NCBI GenBank assembly: GCA_031285405.1
Contig: JAITWH010000043.1
Span: 5,595 to 69,594, forward strand
DNA length: 64,000 bases
From: Alistipes sp.
GTDB lineage: Bacteria; Bacteroidota; Bacteroidia; Bacteroidales; Rikenellaceae
Direction of reading: 5' to 3'
The first letter of the stretch is position 1. Each line of letters opens with the position of its first letter. Shown here piece after piece: positions 27,024 through 36,196 of this stretch. The notes under the pieces were generated by a model that was given only the letters and a program-made list of their open reading frames with translations, had not been told where the DNA came from and searched no databases. A program made the translations under genes and the position numbers.

Positions 27024-28010
27024 ATGGATGGATTGGCGAGATACATGGAGGAGCATTCGGCGGCGGGGACGGCGGCGGAACGGGCGTTGCTGGACGAGCT
27101 GGAACGGGCGACGAATCTGCGCGTTGTGCAGCCGAAAATGGTGTCTGGGCGCCATCAGGGGGCGTTTTTGAGGCTCATAACGGAGATCGTGCGGCCGCGG
27201 CGGGTGCTGGAGATCGGCACTTTTACAGGTTATTCGGCGCTGTCGATTGCCGCCGGGTTGGGCGAAGGTGCTGAAATTCACACGGTTGAAGTCGACGACG
27301 AGCTGGAGGATTTGGCGCGGTCGTTCTTTGATCGCAGCCCTCATGGGGCCAAAATTCGGTTGCATATCGGGTCGGCTTTGGAGGTTGTTCCGGCGCTTTT
27401 TTCGGAGCTTTCGGGGGGACTTTCGGAGAGGCTTTCGGCGGGTGTTTCTGGCGGTTTTTTGAGGGGTGAAAGTGGCTTTGAGGGCGGTTTCGAGGGGTTT
27501 GATATGGTTTTTATTGATGGCGACAAGCGGGAGTATCCGGACTATTATCGGATGCTTATGGGGGGTGTTTCGGCGGGTGAGAGGGGGGTGGCGGGGGCGG
27601 CTATCGAGGGGCTTTCGGCGGTGGGCGAAGGTGGGACTTCGGCGGATTGGAGTGGGGGAGTGCGGATGGTTCGGTCGGGGGGTATTATCTTGACGGACCA
27701 TGTGTTGTGGTATGGGAAGGTGGTCGAAGGGGCTGGCGGTTTTGCGGGGGGAGCAGGTGTTGGGGCGGGTGATGGTCTTTCGGGTGGTGCGGGCTCGGGG
27801 AGGGCTGCTGCGGGGGAGGTTGCGGCTGCGGCTGCGGCGAGTGCTGCGAGGGAGGTTGCGGCAGCGGCGGAAGCGGATCGACGGGGGGTGAAAATGGATG
27901 CTCATACGGCTGGTATTGTGGAGTTTAACCGGATGGTGGCGGCCGATCCTCGGGTCGAAAATGTGATCATTCCTCTTCGCGATGGGATCAATTTGATTCG
28001 GGTGAAATAG
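27024..28010 (+). CDS. class I SAM-dependent O-methyltransferase (caffeoyl-CoA OMT/YrrM-like) with three large Gly/Ala/Ser-rich insertions
   Basis: RVLEIGTFTGYSALSIAAGL (SAM motif I), FDMVFIDGDKREYPDYY, and the C-terminal EFNRMVAADPRVENVIIPLRDGINLIRVK. Confidence 0.8.
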   Translation: MDGLARYMEEHSAAGTAAERALLDELERATNLRVVQPKMVSGRHQGAFLRLITEIVRPRRVLEIGTFTGYSALSIAAGLGEGAEIHTVEVDDELEDLARSFFDRSPHGAKIRLHIGSALEVVPALFSELSGGLSERLSAGVSGGFLRGESGFEGGFEGFDMVFIDGDKREYPDYYRMLMGGVSAGERGVAGAAIEGLSAVGEGGTSADWSGGVRMVRSGGIILTDHVLWYGKVVEGAGGFAGGAGVGAGDGLSGGAGSGRAAAGEVAAAAAASAAREVAAAAEADRRGVKMDAHTAGIVEFNRMVAADPRVENVIIPLRDGINLIRVK

Positions 28011-28050
28011 AAAAATTATTTGTATATTTGCCCTAAACACAACACAGAGA

Positions 28051-28962
28051 ATGATCCTTTACAAAAACCACAACGGCAAACTCGAACCGGCCAGGGAGAA
28101 GCCTTTCAAGATCGAGCGGGAGCTTCAGCGGATTTTTGAGCAAAATCTGACGCAGATCATGGGTCTGATGATGGTCAAATCGGAGTTCTCGATAAAGAAC
28201 AAACGCATCGACACGTTGGCCTACGACACGGAGTCAAACGCCTTTGTGATAGTCGAATACAAGCGCGAACGCAACAGCAGTGTGGTGGATCAGGGGATGA
28301 CATATCTGAGCCTGATGCTTCAGAACAAGGCCGATTTTGTGTTGGAGTACAACGAGCAGAATCCGAAAAATCAGCTGACGCGCGATAAGGTCGACTGGTC
28401 GCAGAGCAGGGTGGCGTTCGTGGCGTCGGATTTCACTGAGAATCAGATTGAGGCGACCAATTTCAAGGATATCGCCATTGAGCTGTACGAGGTGAAACGC
28501 TATGAGGATCACCTGTTGGTGGTGCCCATTAAGAAGAGCAAGTCGGCGGTGAGTGTCAAGCCCATAACGCAGAAAAGCAAAGAATATAAGAGTGTTACCG
28601 AAGAGATAGAGGTCTATACGGAGGAGCGGTTGCTGGCAGGTAAATCGGACGAGGTGGTCGCGCTGTACGAGCGTTATCGGGCGGCGATCATGGCATTGGT
28701 CGACGATGTGGAGATCAAGCCCCAGAAGTGGTACGTCGCGTTTAAAAAGGGGCAGCGGAACATTTGTGACATCGAGATTCAGCGATCCGGGCTAAAAGCG
28801 GCCATCAATATGAAAATTGGGAGACTCGATGACCCGAAGGGCATTATGCGGGATGTTTCCGGCGTGGGGCATTGGATGAATGGCGATTACGAGGTGAAAA
28901 TTTCCGACGACAGAAACCTCGAATACATAATGAGCCTTGTCAGGCAGGCTGTCGATGCCTGA
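28051..28962 (+). CDS. NucS/DUF91-like PD-(D/E)XK nuclease-fold protein with a DUF5655-like C-terminal domain
   Basis: ERELQRIFEQNLTQIMGL...RIDTLAYDTESNAFVIVEYKRERNSSVVDQGMTYL matches the D...E-x-K restriction-endonuclease-fold pattern of NucS-type proteins. The C-terminal WYVAFKKGQRNICDIEIQ...LEYIMSLVRQA resembles DUF5655. GC looks visibly lower than in neighbouring genes. Confidence 0.5.
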   Translation: MILYKNHNGKLEPAREKPFKIERELQRIFEQNLTQIMGLMMVKSEFSIKNKRIDTLAYDTESNAFVIVEYKRERNSSVVDQGMTYLSLMLQNKADFVLEYNEQNPKNQLTRDKVDWSQSRVAFVASDFTENQIEATNFKDIAIELYEVKRYEDHLLVVPIKKSKSAVSVKPITQKSKEYKSVTEEIEVYTEERLLAGKSDEVVALYERYRAAIMALVDDVEIKPQKWYVAFKKGQRNICDIEIQRSGLKAAINMKIGRLDDPKGIMRDVSGVGHWMNGDYEVKISDDRNLEYIMSLVRQAVDA

Positions 28963-29000
28963 TATTTTGTAATTAATTGCGATAAAAAACTATTAACTCT

Positions 29001-30125
29001 ATGAAAATGAAACGACTTTTGTTTACTTTGGCTGCTTTGGTGGCTTTTTGTTTTGGGGCTTCGGCGCAAACTTCCAACTCGCCGTCGGCTTTGGATGAGG
29101 TTTTGCCGGTGCGCGGATTGGCCATTGCGGCGCCTTCGAAGGGAGGGATGGATCTGTTTGTGAAGTTCATCGAGGAGGAGTTGGCGCCCGCGCACTTCAA
29201 CCTGCTGATTCTGCGAGTCGATTGGAACTACGACTATCAGAGCCACCCCGAGTTGAGCGATCCGAATCCGTTGACGCGGGCCGACGTGAAGCGGTTGGTG
29301 GAGGTGTGCCGCCGAAACGGCATCAAGATCGCGCCGCAGATCAATCTGTTGGGCCATCAGTCGTGGGCCGAGACCACCTACGCGCTGCTGAGGGAGTATC
29401 CCGAGTTTGACGAGACGCCGCACGTCGACACAAAAAACTACACGCAGTGGCCAAACGCCGACGGGCTCTACTGCAAGAGTTACTGCCCGTTGCACCCCGA
29501 CATGCCGCGGGTGGTGAATGCGCTGGTGGACGAGATCACCGAGGTGTTTGAGACCGACATGTTTCACGCCGGAATGGACGAGGTGTTCTACATTGCCGAC
29601 GACAAGTGTCCGCGGTGCGCCGGGCACGACCCCGCCGAGCTCTTCGCGGGCGAGGTTAACAGGTTGCGCAACCACTTGGCGCTCACCGGAAAGCGGCTTA
29701 TGATCTGGGGCGACCGTCTGTTGGACGGCACCACTACCGGCCTCGGGGCGTGGGAGGCGAGCATGAACAACACCGCGCGGGCTGTCGACATGATCGCGAA
29801 GGATGTGTTTGTGTGCGACTGGCACTACGAGCGGGCCGACCTGTCGGCGGTCTACTTTGCCATGAAGGGGTTGGATGTGGCGACCTGTCCCTGGCGCAAG
29901 CCCGAGTTGGCGGTTAAGCAGATGAACGACATGATTGCCTTCCGCAAGCAGACCACCGCCGCCACCGCCGCGCATCTTCGGGGGATTATCGAGACGGTTT
30001 GGTCGGGGGCGGATAGCTTTCTTCGGGAGTACTATGGGCCGGTTGCTGAGAATGTTGAAGTCTCGGTGGCGGGGACGGTTCGGCGGCTTATGACGGAGTA
30101 TAAGAAATTGAAAGTTGAAAATTGA
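29001..30125 (+). CDS. secreted glycoside hydrolase family 20-like protein
   Basis: Signal peptide MKMKRLLFTLAALVAFCFGASAQ. TIM-barrel-like ...IAPQINLLGHQSW and MFHAGMDEVFY (GH20 H-x-G-x-DE catalytic pair). Confidence 0.6.
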   Translation: MKMKRLLFTLAALVAFCFGASAQTSNSPSALDEVLPVRGLAIAAPSKGGMDLFVKFIEEELAPAHFNLLILRVDWNYDYQSHPELSDPNPLTRADVKRLVEVCRRNGIKIAPQINLLGHQSWAETTYALLREYPEFDETPHVDTKNYTQWPNADGLYCKSYCPLHPDMPRVVNALVDEITEVFETDMFHAGMDEVFYIADDKCPRCAGHDPAELFAGEVNRLRNHLALTGKRLMIWGDRLLDGTTTGLGAWEASMNNTARAVDMIAKDVFVCDWHYERADLSAVYFAMKGLDVATCPWRKPELAVKQMNDMIAFRKQTTAATAAHLRGIIETVWSGADSFLREYYGPVAENVEVSVAGTVRRLMTEYKKLKVEN

Positions 30126-30135
30126 AAGTTGAAAA
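30108..30135 (+). repeat. tandem heptamers (TTGAAAG TTGAAAA)x2
   Basis: Encodes the last residues (LKVEN) and the TGA stop of the GH20-like gene. Followed by GGCTAACGCG and a hairpin terminator. Confidence 0.85.
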
Positions 30136-30151
30136 TTGGCTAACGCGTAAT

Positions 30152-30186
30152 AAAAAAGGCTTCCCTAATTTGGGAGGCCTTTTTGT
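30152..30186. terminator. bidirectional intrinsic terminator between the convergent GH20-like and hypothetical genes
   Basis: AAAAAA-GGCTTCCC-TAATTT-GGGAGGCC-TTTTTGTTTT (one G-U pair). Confidence 0.7.
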
Positions 30187-30207
30187 TTTGGGGGTTGGAG
30201 GGGTTGG

Positions 30208-30690
30208 TTACGCCTTTTTTTCGGTGCTCTCGTCGTCCCACAGGGTTTTGCCTTTGAGGGCGGCTTTGGCGTGGCTGATCATGCCGACGTCGACGCGCTT
30301 GCCGTCGAGTTGTGCGATGATCGTCTCCTGCACCGAGTCGTAGAGGTCTTTGCCGTTGCTGAAGATCAGGTTGCAGATGAGTTTGTCGAGCACGCCGTCG
30401 TGGCCGACAAACTGTTTCAGCACGGGGTTGGGCACGCACATCCAGGCGCCGATGACCTGATAGTCGAGCTCGGCCATGGGGTCGCTCAGGGTGAGGATCA
30501 CGCCGTGGTAGGCGTTCTTGTTGATGTTGAGCGTGTCGCCGGTCGTGCCGGTGACGAACTGCTTCAAGCCGCTGCCCGCCTTGGTGACGGAGATTTTGAA
30601 CTTGGGGTCGAGATGCTTTCGGAGAAGCTCGGCGAGCTCCTCGATGTCGTTCACCGCTTTTTTGATCTTGAATGTCGATGCTGCTGCCAT
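30208..30690 (-). CDS. hypothetical cytoplasmic protein (160 aa)
   Basis: Clean ORF with non-shadow composition and its own ATG. A hairpin terminator lies downstream. No domain recognised. Confidence 0.5.
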   Translation of the reverse strand: MAAASTFKIKKAVNDIEELAELLRKHLDPKFKISVTKAGSGLKQFVTGTTGDTLNINKNAYHGVILTLSDPMAELDYQVIGAWMCVPNPVLKQFVGHDGVLDKLICNLIFSNGKDLYDSVQETIIAQLDGKRVDVGMISHAKAALKGKTLWDDESTEKKA

Positions 30691-30746
30691 TGTTTTTTTA
30701 TTAAAGGGTTACGGGGTAAAAGTAGAAAAAATTAAGGAACTTGTTG

Positions 30747-30798
30747 TGCGTAGCCTAATTCACTGCGGCCGTTGCCGCCGCTGCCGGCGTTCCGGCGG
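30747..30798 (-). repeat. two fused A units (reverse orientation)
   Basis: The reverse complement reads GCCGCCGGAACGCCGGCAGCGGCGGCAACGGCCGCAGTGAATTAGGCTACGCA. It encodes the C-terminal AAGTPAAAATAAVN plus the stop of the CBM6-like gene. Confidence 0.8.
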
Positions 30799-31549
30799 CT
30801 TCGAAGTCGAGCCAGGCGTAGTTCATTTGGCCCTCTCCTGTGGTTCGGAGGGTTAGGACTTGGAGACCCTTCCGCAGGGTGATCTCGCCCAGCGGGGCTA
30901 TGTTCCAGTGGTGCCATTGGCGCATTCCCACGGGGTCGTCGTCGCGATAGGTCGAGGTTATGGTGCCCTCGATCGCGTTTGCGATACCGATCTCGCTGCC
31001 GCTTGAAGTCGCGCTGCCGCTTGAAGTCGCGCTGCCGGACTCGCTCGCGCCGGAGCCCTCGCCCAAGACCTCAAGCGTCACCGTGCCGCCGCGGTTGGAG
31101 GTGTAGAGCAGGCTCACGGCGTAGGTGCCGGCGCGCTCGACCCGCACCGTGTAGCGCGTCCACTCGCCGGGCTCGGTCCAGCCGATGTAGAGCTGCTCCA
31201 TGGGCGGGGTGACGAAGTTGTAGGGCGAGTTGTCGATGTCGTCGGCCGACTTGGTGTAGCTCGTGTCGACCGCCTCGTCGACGCGGAAGGCGTGCAGATA
31301 GCTACCGTCCAGCGGGTTGAGCTCGCCGCTGCCGTGGTTCGCGGGCGAGGTGTCGTGGTAGGATATGCCCTCGCCGCCAGTGTCGTAGAGAGCGCAGTGA
31401 ACGCGGCCCGGGATGCGTTGGGCGCCGTCGGTGTAGCGGGCATCCTCGAACGGGACTCCGGTGTAGTCGGCCGGAACGGAGGTGCCGCAGCTGCTCACAA
31501 GGCAGGCTGTCGTGACGGCGATTGCCGCCGAAGTGAAGACATTTTTCAT
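30755..31549 (-). CDS. CBM6/CBM35-like carbohydrate-binding lipoprotein
   Basis: Lipobox (ACLVSSCG). GGEGISYHDTSPANHG...YIGWTEPGEWTRYTVRVERAGTYAVSLLYTS...NYAWLDFE is typical of CBM6-type modules. 4-nt overlap with the upstream mutase gene. Confidence 0.55.
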   Translation of the reverse strand: MKNVFTSAAIAVTTACLVSSCGTSVPADYTGVPFEDARYTDGAQRIPGRVHCALYDTGGEGISYHDTSPANHGSGELNPLDGSYLHAFRVDEAVDTSYTKSADDIDNSPYNFVTPPMEQLYIGWTEPGEWTRYTVRVERAGTYAVSLLYTSNRGGTVTLEVLGEGSGASESGSATSSGSATSSGSEIGIANAIEGTITSTYRDDDPVGMRQWHHWNIAPLGEITLRKGLQVLTLRTTGEGQMNYAWLDFEAAGTPAAAATAAVN

Positions 31550-33282
31550 AACTGCATCTCGGTTTTAATGGATTCGATTCGGGCGTCGAGCGCGGTCTGC
31601 ACAGCGTCGAAATCGTCGACAGATGGGAGCGGCGCGCGCACGCCGAAGTAGAACTTGATCTTGGGTTCGGTGCCCGAGGGGCGCACCGACACCTTTGTGC
31701 CGTCGGCGGTGAGGAACTGCAACACGTCGGAGCGCTCCTGCCGCATTGGTGTTCGGGTGCCGCTGGCAGTGTCGATCTCCTCCAACGACAGGAAGTCGCG
31801 CACCGTGACCACAGGCGAGCCTCCGATGGTGGCGGGTGGCGTCTCCCGATAGGCGGCCATCATGGCGGCGATCTCGGCGACACCCTCGATCCCTTTTCGG
31901 GTGACGGAGACCAAGCCCTCTTTGTAGAATCCGTACTGCACGTACATCGACTTGAGCCAGCCGTAGAGCGTCATCCCTTTCGAGCGGGCCCACGCGGCGG
32001 CCTCGGCGGCCAGCGAACAGGCGCTCACGCCATCCTTGTCCCTCACGAAGTCGCCCGCCATGAAGCCGAAGCTCTCCTCGCCGCCTCCTATATATTGCTC
32101 GGCGCCTTCGAGGTCGCGCACAACCTTGGCGATGTACTTGAAGCCCGTGAGGCAGTCGTAGCAGCGCGCGCCGAAGTGTTGCGCCACGGCGGGGATCATC
32201 TCGGAGGTCACTATGGTCTTGACGACGAACTCGCGGCCCGTGATTTTTCCCCTCTCGGCCCAGCCGGAGAGCATGTACGAAGTGAGCAGCGCGCAGGTCT
32301 GGTTGCCGTTCAACAGCACGAACTCGTCGCGCTCGTCGCGCACCGCTATCGCGAGGCGGTCGGCGTCGGGGTCGGTGGCCAACACAAGCTCCGCCCCTAT
32401 CTCCTCGGCCAGGTCGATCGCCATCTTCATCGTGGCGCGCTCCTCGGGGTTGGGCGACACCACAGTCGGGAAGTCGCCGTCGAGGATGCTCTGCTCGGGG
32501 ACCATCGTGACGTTGGTGAAGCCGAAGCGACGCAGCGACTCGGGCACCAGACGTACCCCCGCGCCGTGCAGCGGGGTGTAGACGATCTTCATGTCGTGGA
32601 AACGCGACACGGCCTCGGGGGCGAGGGCGAGCGAGTGTACCTTATTAAGGTATATCTCGTCGAAGGCGCGGTCGAGAGGGGTGATGTTGTCGGGGTTGGC
32701 GCCCGTGCGGATCTGCGAGATGTCGGTGATCTGCCCAACCTCGGCGATGATGTTGGTGTCGTGGGGCGAGGTCACCTGCGACCCGTCGCTCCAGTAGGCC
32801 TTGTAGCCGTTGTACTCGCTGGGGTTGTGCGACGCGGTGACCATCACTCCGCTGTGGCAGCCCAATTCGCGGATGGCGAAGCTGAGTTCGGGTGTGGGCC
32901 TCAGGTCGTCGAAAAGGAATACTTTGAAGCCGTTGGAGGCGAAGATGTCGGCAACACGTTCGGCGAACTCTCGGCTGCCATGGCGCGAGTCGTGGCTTAC
33001 GGCGACTTTTATCTCTTGGCCGGCGAAGCACTTTATAAGGTAGTTGGAGAGGCCCTGCGTGGCCATGCCCACCGTGTAGATATTCATGCGGTTGGTGCCC
33101 GCGCCCATGATTCCGCGCAGCCCGCCCGTGCCGAATTCGAGGTCGCGGTAGAAGCTCTCGCGCAGCTCGGCGGGGTCGCTGTCGAGCATCTGCCTGACCT
33201 GTCGTTTTGTCGACTCGTCGAACTCTCCGTCGAGCCATCTTTGCGCCCTCGCGCGGGCGACCGTGTCCAGATCGTTAGTCAT
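31546..33282 (-). CDS. phosphoglucomutase/phosphomannomutase-family phospho-sugar mutase
   Basis: Active-site loop GVMVTASHNPSEYNGYK, metal loop ATDPDADRLA, ...GGEESFG. Confidence 0.9.
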   Translation of the reverse strand: MTNDLDTVARARAQRWLDGEFDESTKRQVRQMLDSDPAELRESFYRDLEFGTGGLRGIMGAGTNRMNIYTVGMATQGLSNYLIKCFAGQEIKVAVSHDSRHGSREFAERVADIFASNGFKVFLFDDLRPTPELSFAIRELGCHSGVMVTASHNPSEYNGYKAYWSDGSQVTSPHDTNIIAEVGQITDISQIRTGANPDNITPLDRAFDEIYLNKVHSLALAPEAVSRFHDMKIVYTPLHGAGVRLVPESLRRFGFTNVTMVPEQSILDGDFPTVVSPNPEERATMKMAIDLAEEIGAELVLATDPDADRLAIAVRDERDEFVLLNGNQTCALLTSYMLSGWAERGKITGREFVVKTIVTSEMIPAVAQHFGARCYDCLTGFKYIAKVVRDLEGAEQYIGGGEESFGFMAGDFVRDKDGVSACSLAAEAAAWARSKGMTLYGWLKSMYVQYGFYKEGLVSVTRKGIEGVAEIAAMMAAYRETPPATIGGSPVVTVRDFLSLEEIDTASGTRTPMRQERSDVLQFLTADGTKVSVRPSGTEPKIKFYFGVRAPLPSVDDFDAVQTALDARIESIKTEMQL

Positions 33283-33509
33283 GATCGGTATAAGTTTAAG
33301 TTATAGTCTTGGGTGTGAATCGGTGAATTTATTTATGTGCAAATGTACGAAAAAAGTGTGAATTCTCACTATCAAACTGTTAATACCCGCGGCCCCGAAA
33401 ACGGCCGAAGAGCTATATAAATAAAGAGGTCATTTGCAATAGGGTGTGGTGTTTTTTTTTCACAAAATTGTCCTCACCTTTGTTGTCACCTTAGAAACCC
33501 CAATCAGGA

Positions 33510-34922
33510 ATGTTTCCTAACTCTCAGAAATACAGCGCCGTATGGCAGGATTGCCTTGCCGGCATACGCGAGCACACCTCCGAAGACGAATTTGCACGAT
33601 GGTTTAAACCTATCGTGCTTTTGGACTTCGACGGGGTGACGCTCAAGCTGCGCGTTCCCAACGAGAGTTACGTGGCGCACATCGAAAAAAACTACATCCC
33701 GCTGCTGCGCCCGCTCATCCAAAAATGCTTCGGGGCCGAGACTCGATTGCGCTACGCCGTGCCCAAAGCCGAGGGGCCGACGATGCCCGTGCCGGCCGAC
33801 GCCGACATCACCGCGATCACAAATTTCACAGAGCAAACTAACACCGCAAATATAAAGAATCCTTTCGTAATTCCGGGCATCAGGCGCATTGTTATCGACT
33901 CGCAGCTGAACCCCGCCTACACGATCGAGAGCTTTATCGAGGGGGACTGCAACAGGTTGGTGCGCTCGACAGGTATTTCGGTGGCTCTCTCGCCCGGGAC
34001 TACTCCTTTCAATCCGTTGTATATCTTCGGCGGATCGGGATTGGGCAAGACACATGTCGCGCAGGCGGTGGGGTTGGAGGTCAAGCGGCGGTTCCCCAAT
34101 TTGCAGGTGCTGTATGTGTCGATGCACAAGTTTCAGGCGCAGTACACGACCGCCATCCTTAATAAAGAGGTGAACGACTTTATACACTTCTACCAGATGG
34201 TGGATGTGCTTATTATCGACGATATTCAGGAGCTCTCGGGGAAGCCTTCGACACAGAACGCGTTCTTCAACATATTCAACCACCTGCAGTTGGCGGGTAA
34301 GCAGCTGATACTCACCTCGGACAAGCCGCCGGTGGAGCTCAAGGATATCGAGCAGCGGTTGCTGACGCGATTCAAGTGGGGGCTGTCGGCCGAGCTGCAG
34401 ACTCCCGACTACGAGACCAAGGTCAAAATTATTCGCAGCAAGACGCGGCGGTTGAATGTGGATATTCCCGAGGAGGTGGTGCTGTTTTTGGCCGAGAACA
34501 TTCGTGCGAACATTCGCGAGATCGAGGGGGCGCTGGCTTCGTTGGTGGCCAACGCGCAGTTCCTGGGGCGGAAGGTTACGGTGTCGCTTGCTCGCGAGAT
34601 ACTCAAGGTGTATGTGCAGGTGCATCGGAGGGAGATATCCATCGACCACATCAAGCAGGTGGTGTGCGAGGTGATGGGGGTGAGTGCCGATGCCTTCAAC
34701 TCGCAGAGGCGTACGCGTGAGATTGCTCAGGCGCGGCAGGTGGCTATGTTTCTCTCGAAGAAGCATACCAAGGCTCCTCTTACCGCCATCGGGGCGGCCA
34801 TCGGGGGTAAGAACCATGCCACGGTGTTGCACTCTTGTAAGCAGGTGGCCAATCTTATGGAGACCGATCGAGGGTTTAAGCTTCAGATTGAGGAGATTGA
34901 GAAGCGAGTGCTTGGTAAGTGA
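33510..34922 (+). CDS. dnaA: chromosomal replication initiator protein DnaA
   Basis: FNPLYIFGGSGLGKTHVAQAVG (Walker A), VLIIDDIQELSGK, and C-terminal domain IV ...IAQARQVAMFLSKKHTKAPLTAIGAAIGGKNHATVLHSCKQV. Confidence 0.97.
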   Translation: MFPNSQKYSAVWQDCLAGIREHTSEDEFARWFKPIVLLDFDGVTLKLRVPNESYVAHIEKNYIPLLRPLIQKCFGAETRLRYAVPKAEGPTMPVPADADITAITNFTEQTNTANIKNPFVIPGIRRIVIDSQLNPAYTIESFIEGDCNRLVRSTGISVALSPGTTPFNPLYIFGGSGLGKTHVAQAVGLEVKRRFPNLQVLYVSMHKFQAQYTTAILNKEVNDFIHFYQMVDVLIIDDIQELSGKPSTQNAFFNIFNHLQLAGKQLILTSDKPPVELKDIEQRLLTRFKWGLSAELQTPDYETKVKIIRSKTRRLNVDIPEEVVLFLAENIRANIREIEGALASLVANAQFLGRKVTVSLAREILKVYVQVHRREISIDHIKQVVCEVMGVSADAFNSQRRTREIAQARQVAMFLSKKHTKAPLTAIGAAIGGKNHATVLHSCKQVANLMETDRGFKLQIEEIEKRVLGK

Positions 34923-34998
34923 ATTAAGAATTAAAAATTAAGAATTAAGAATTGGCTACGCAGGTCGCAACGGCGACGGCGGATTTTAGCTACGCGGA
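34920..34998 (+). repeat. composite repeat: (AATTAAG/AATTAAA)x4 heptamers + GGCTACGCAG + degenerate A unit + TTTTAGCTACGCGG
   Basis: Begins at the dnaA TGA stop. tgaattaagaattaaaaattaagaattaagaattggctacgcaggtcgcaacggcgacggcggattttagctacgcgg. Confidence 0.8.
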
Positions 34999-35019
34999 AA
35001 TAGATACAAGTTTGGATTG

Positions 35020-35051
35020 AAAAAATCCCCTCCGAAGAGGGGATTTTTTTA
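35020..35051. terminator. bidirectional intrinsic terminator downstream of dnaA
   Basis: AAAAAA-TCCCCTC-CGAA-GAGGGGA-TTTTTTT: a perfect 7-bp GC-rich stem with a tetraloop, flanked by A and T runs. Confidence 0.8.
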
Positions 35052-35132
35052 TTTTAAAGAATTTTTTTGTATCTTTACGAGATAAATATACTTAAAATAA
35101 TCCCATAACCCAAAACAATTTAATTTACGAAC

Positions 35133-36194
35133 ATGGCAAACCAGGTGAACCCCGATAAGCTGAAGGTACTCAGCGCGGTGATGCAGAAGATCGAGAAGGA
35201 TTTCGGCAAAGGCTCGATAATGAAAATGGACGGCACGCACGTCGAAGAGGTGGCAGTGATCCCTTCGGGGTCGCTCACACTCGACATCGCGCTGGGAGTG
35301 GGCGGATATCCGAAAGGCAGGGTGATCGAGATTTACGGCCCCGAGTCGAGCGGTAAGACGACCCTCGCGCTGCACGCTATCGCCGAGGCGCAGAAGTTGG
35401 GGGGCATCGCCGCGTTTATCGACGCCGAGCATGCGTTCGACAGCTTTTACGCGAGCAAGCTGGGGATCGACATCGAGAACCTGCTCATCTCGCAGCCCGA
35501 CAGCGGCGAACAGGCGTTGGAGATTGCCGACAGTCTGATTCGTTCGGGGGCGATCGACATTGTGGTGATCGACTCGGTGGCGGCGCTCACCCCCAAGGCC
35601 GAGATCGAGGGCGACATGGGCGAGGCGAAGGTGGGGCTGCAGGCCAGACTCATGTCGCAGGCGCTGAGAAAGCTCACTTCGAGCATCGCTAAGACCAAGA
35701 CGGTGTGTGTGTTTATCAACCAACTTCGCGAGAAGATCGGGGTGGCGTATGGCAATCCCGAGACCACGACCGGTGGGAACGCGCTGAAGTTCTACGCCTC
35801 GGTGCGCATTGATATTCGCAAGTCTACCGCGATTAAGGATGGCGACGACGTGTTGGGCAACCTGACTAAGGTGAAGGTGGTGAAGAACAAGGTGGCGCCT
35901 CCGTTCCGGCGGGCGGAGTTCGACATAATGTATGGCGCGGGTATCTCGCGGGTGGGTGAGATTTTGGACCTGGCTGTGGATAACGATGTGATTAAGAAGA
36001 GCGGGTCGTGGTACTCGTTCGGCGATCGGAAGTTGGGGCAGGGGCGCGATGCCACGAAAGAGCTGCTGACCTCCGATGCCGCGCTTCAGGCCGAGGTCGA
36101 GGCGAAGCTTAAAGAGGCTATGAAGGCCGAGGCTCAGGGTGCCGGCACAGGCGCTAAGAAGGCTGGTAAGAGGGCCGAGGCGGCGGAGGAGTAG
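35133..36194 (+). CDS. recA: recombinase RecA
   Basis: [17 protein letters not shown], ...[10 protein letters not shown]..., [31 protein letters not shown]. Confidence 0.97.
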   Translation: MANQVNPDKLKVLSAVMQKIEKDFGKGSIMKMDGTHVEEVAVIPSGSLTLDIALGVGGYPKGRVIEIYGPESSGKTTLALHAIAEAQKLGGIAAFIDAEHAFDSFYASKLGIDIENLLISQPDSGEQALEIADSLIRSGAIDIVVIDSVAALTPKAEIEGDMGEAKVGLQARLMSQALRKLTSSIAKTKTVCVFINQLREKIGVAYGNPETTTGGNALKFYASVRIDIRKSTAIKDGDDVLGNLTKVKVVKNKVAPPFRRAEFDIMYGAGISRVGEILDLAVDNDVIKKSGSWYSFGDRKLGQGRDATKELLTSDAALQAEVEAKLKEAMKAEAQGAGTGAKKAGKRAEAAEE

Positions 36195-36196
36195 AG

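Noticed and set aside
27012-28040. 342-aa antisense ORF across the O-methyltransferase
   Set aside because: Pro/Arg-rich antisense reading of the G-run-rich insertions.
33504-34832. 442-aa antisense ORF across dnaA
   Set aside because: A shadow ORF. dnaA on the plus strand has a Walker A motif and domain IV.
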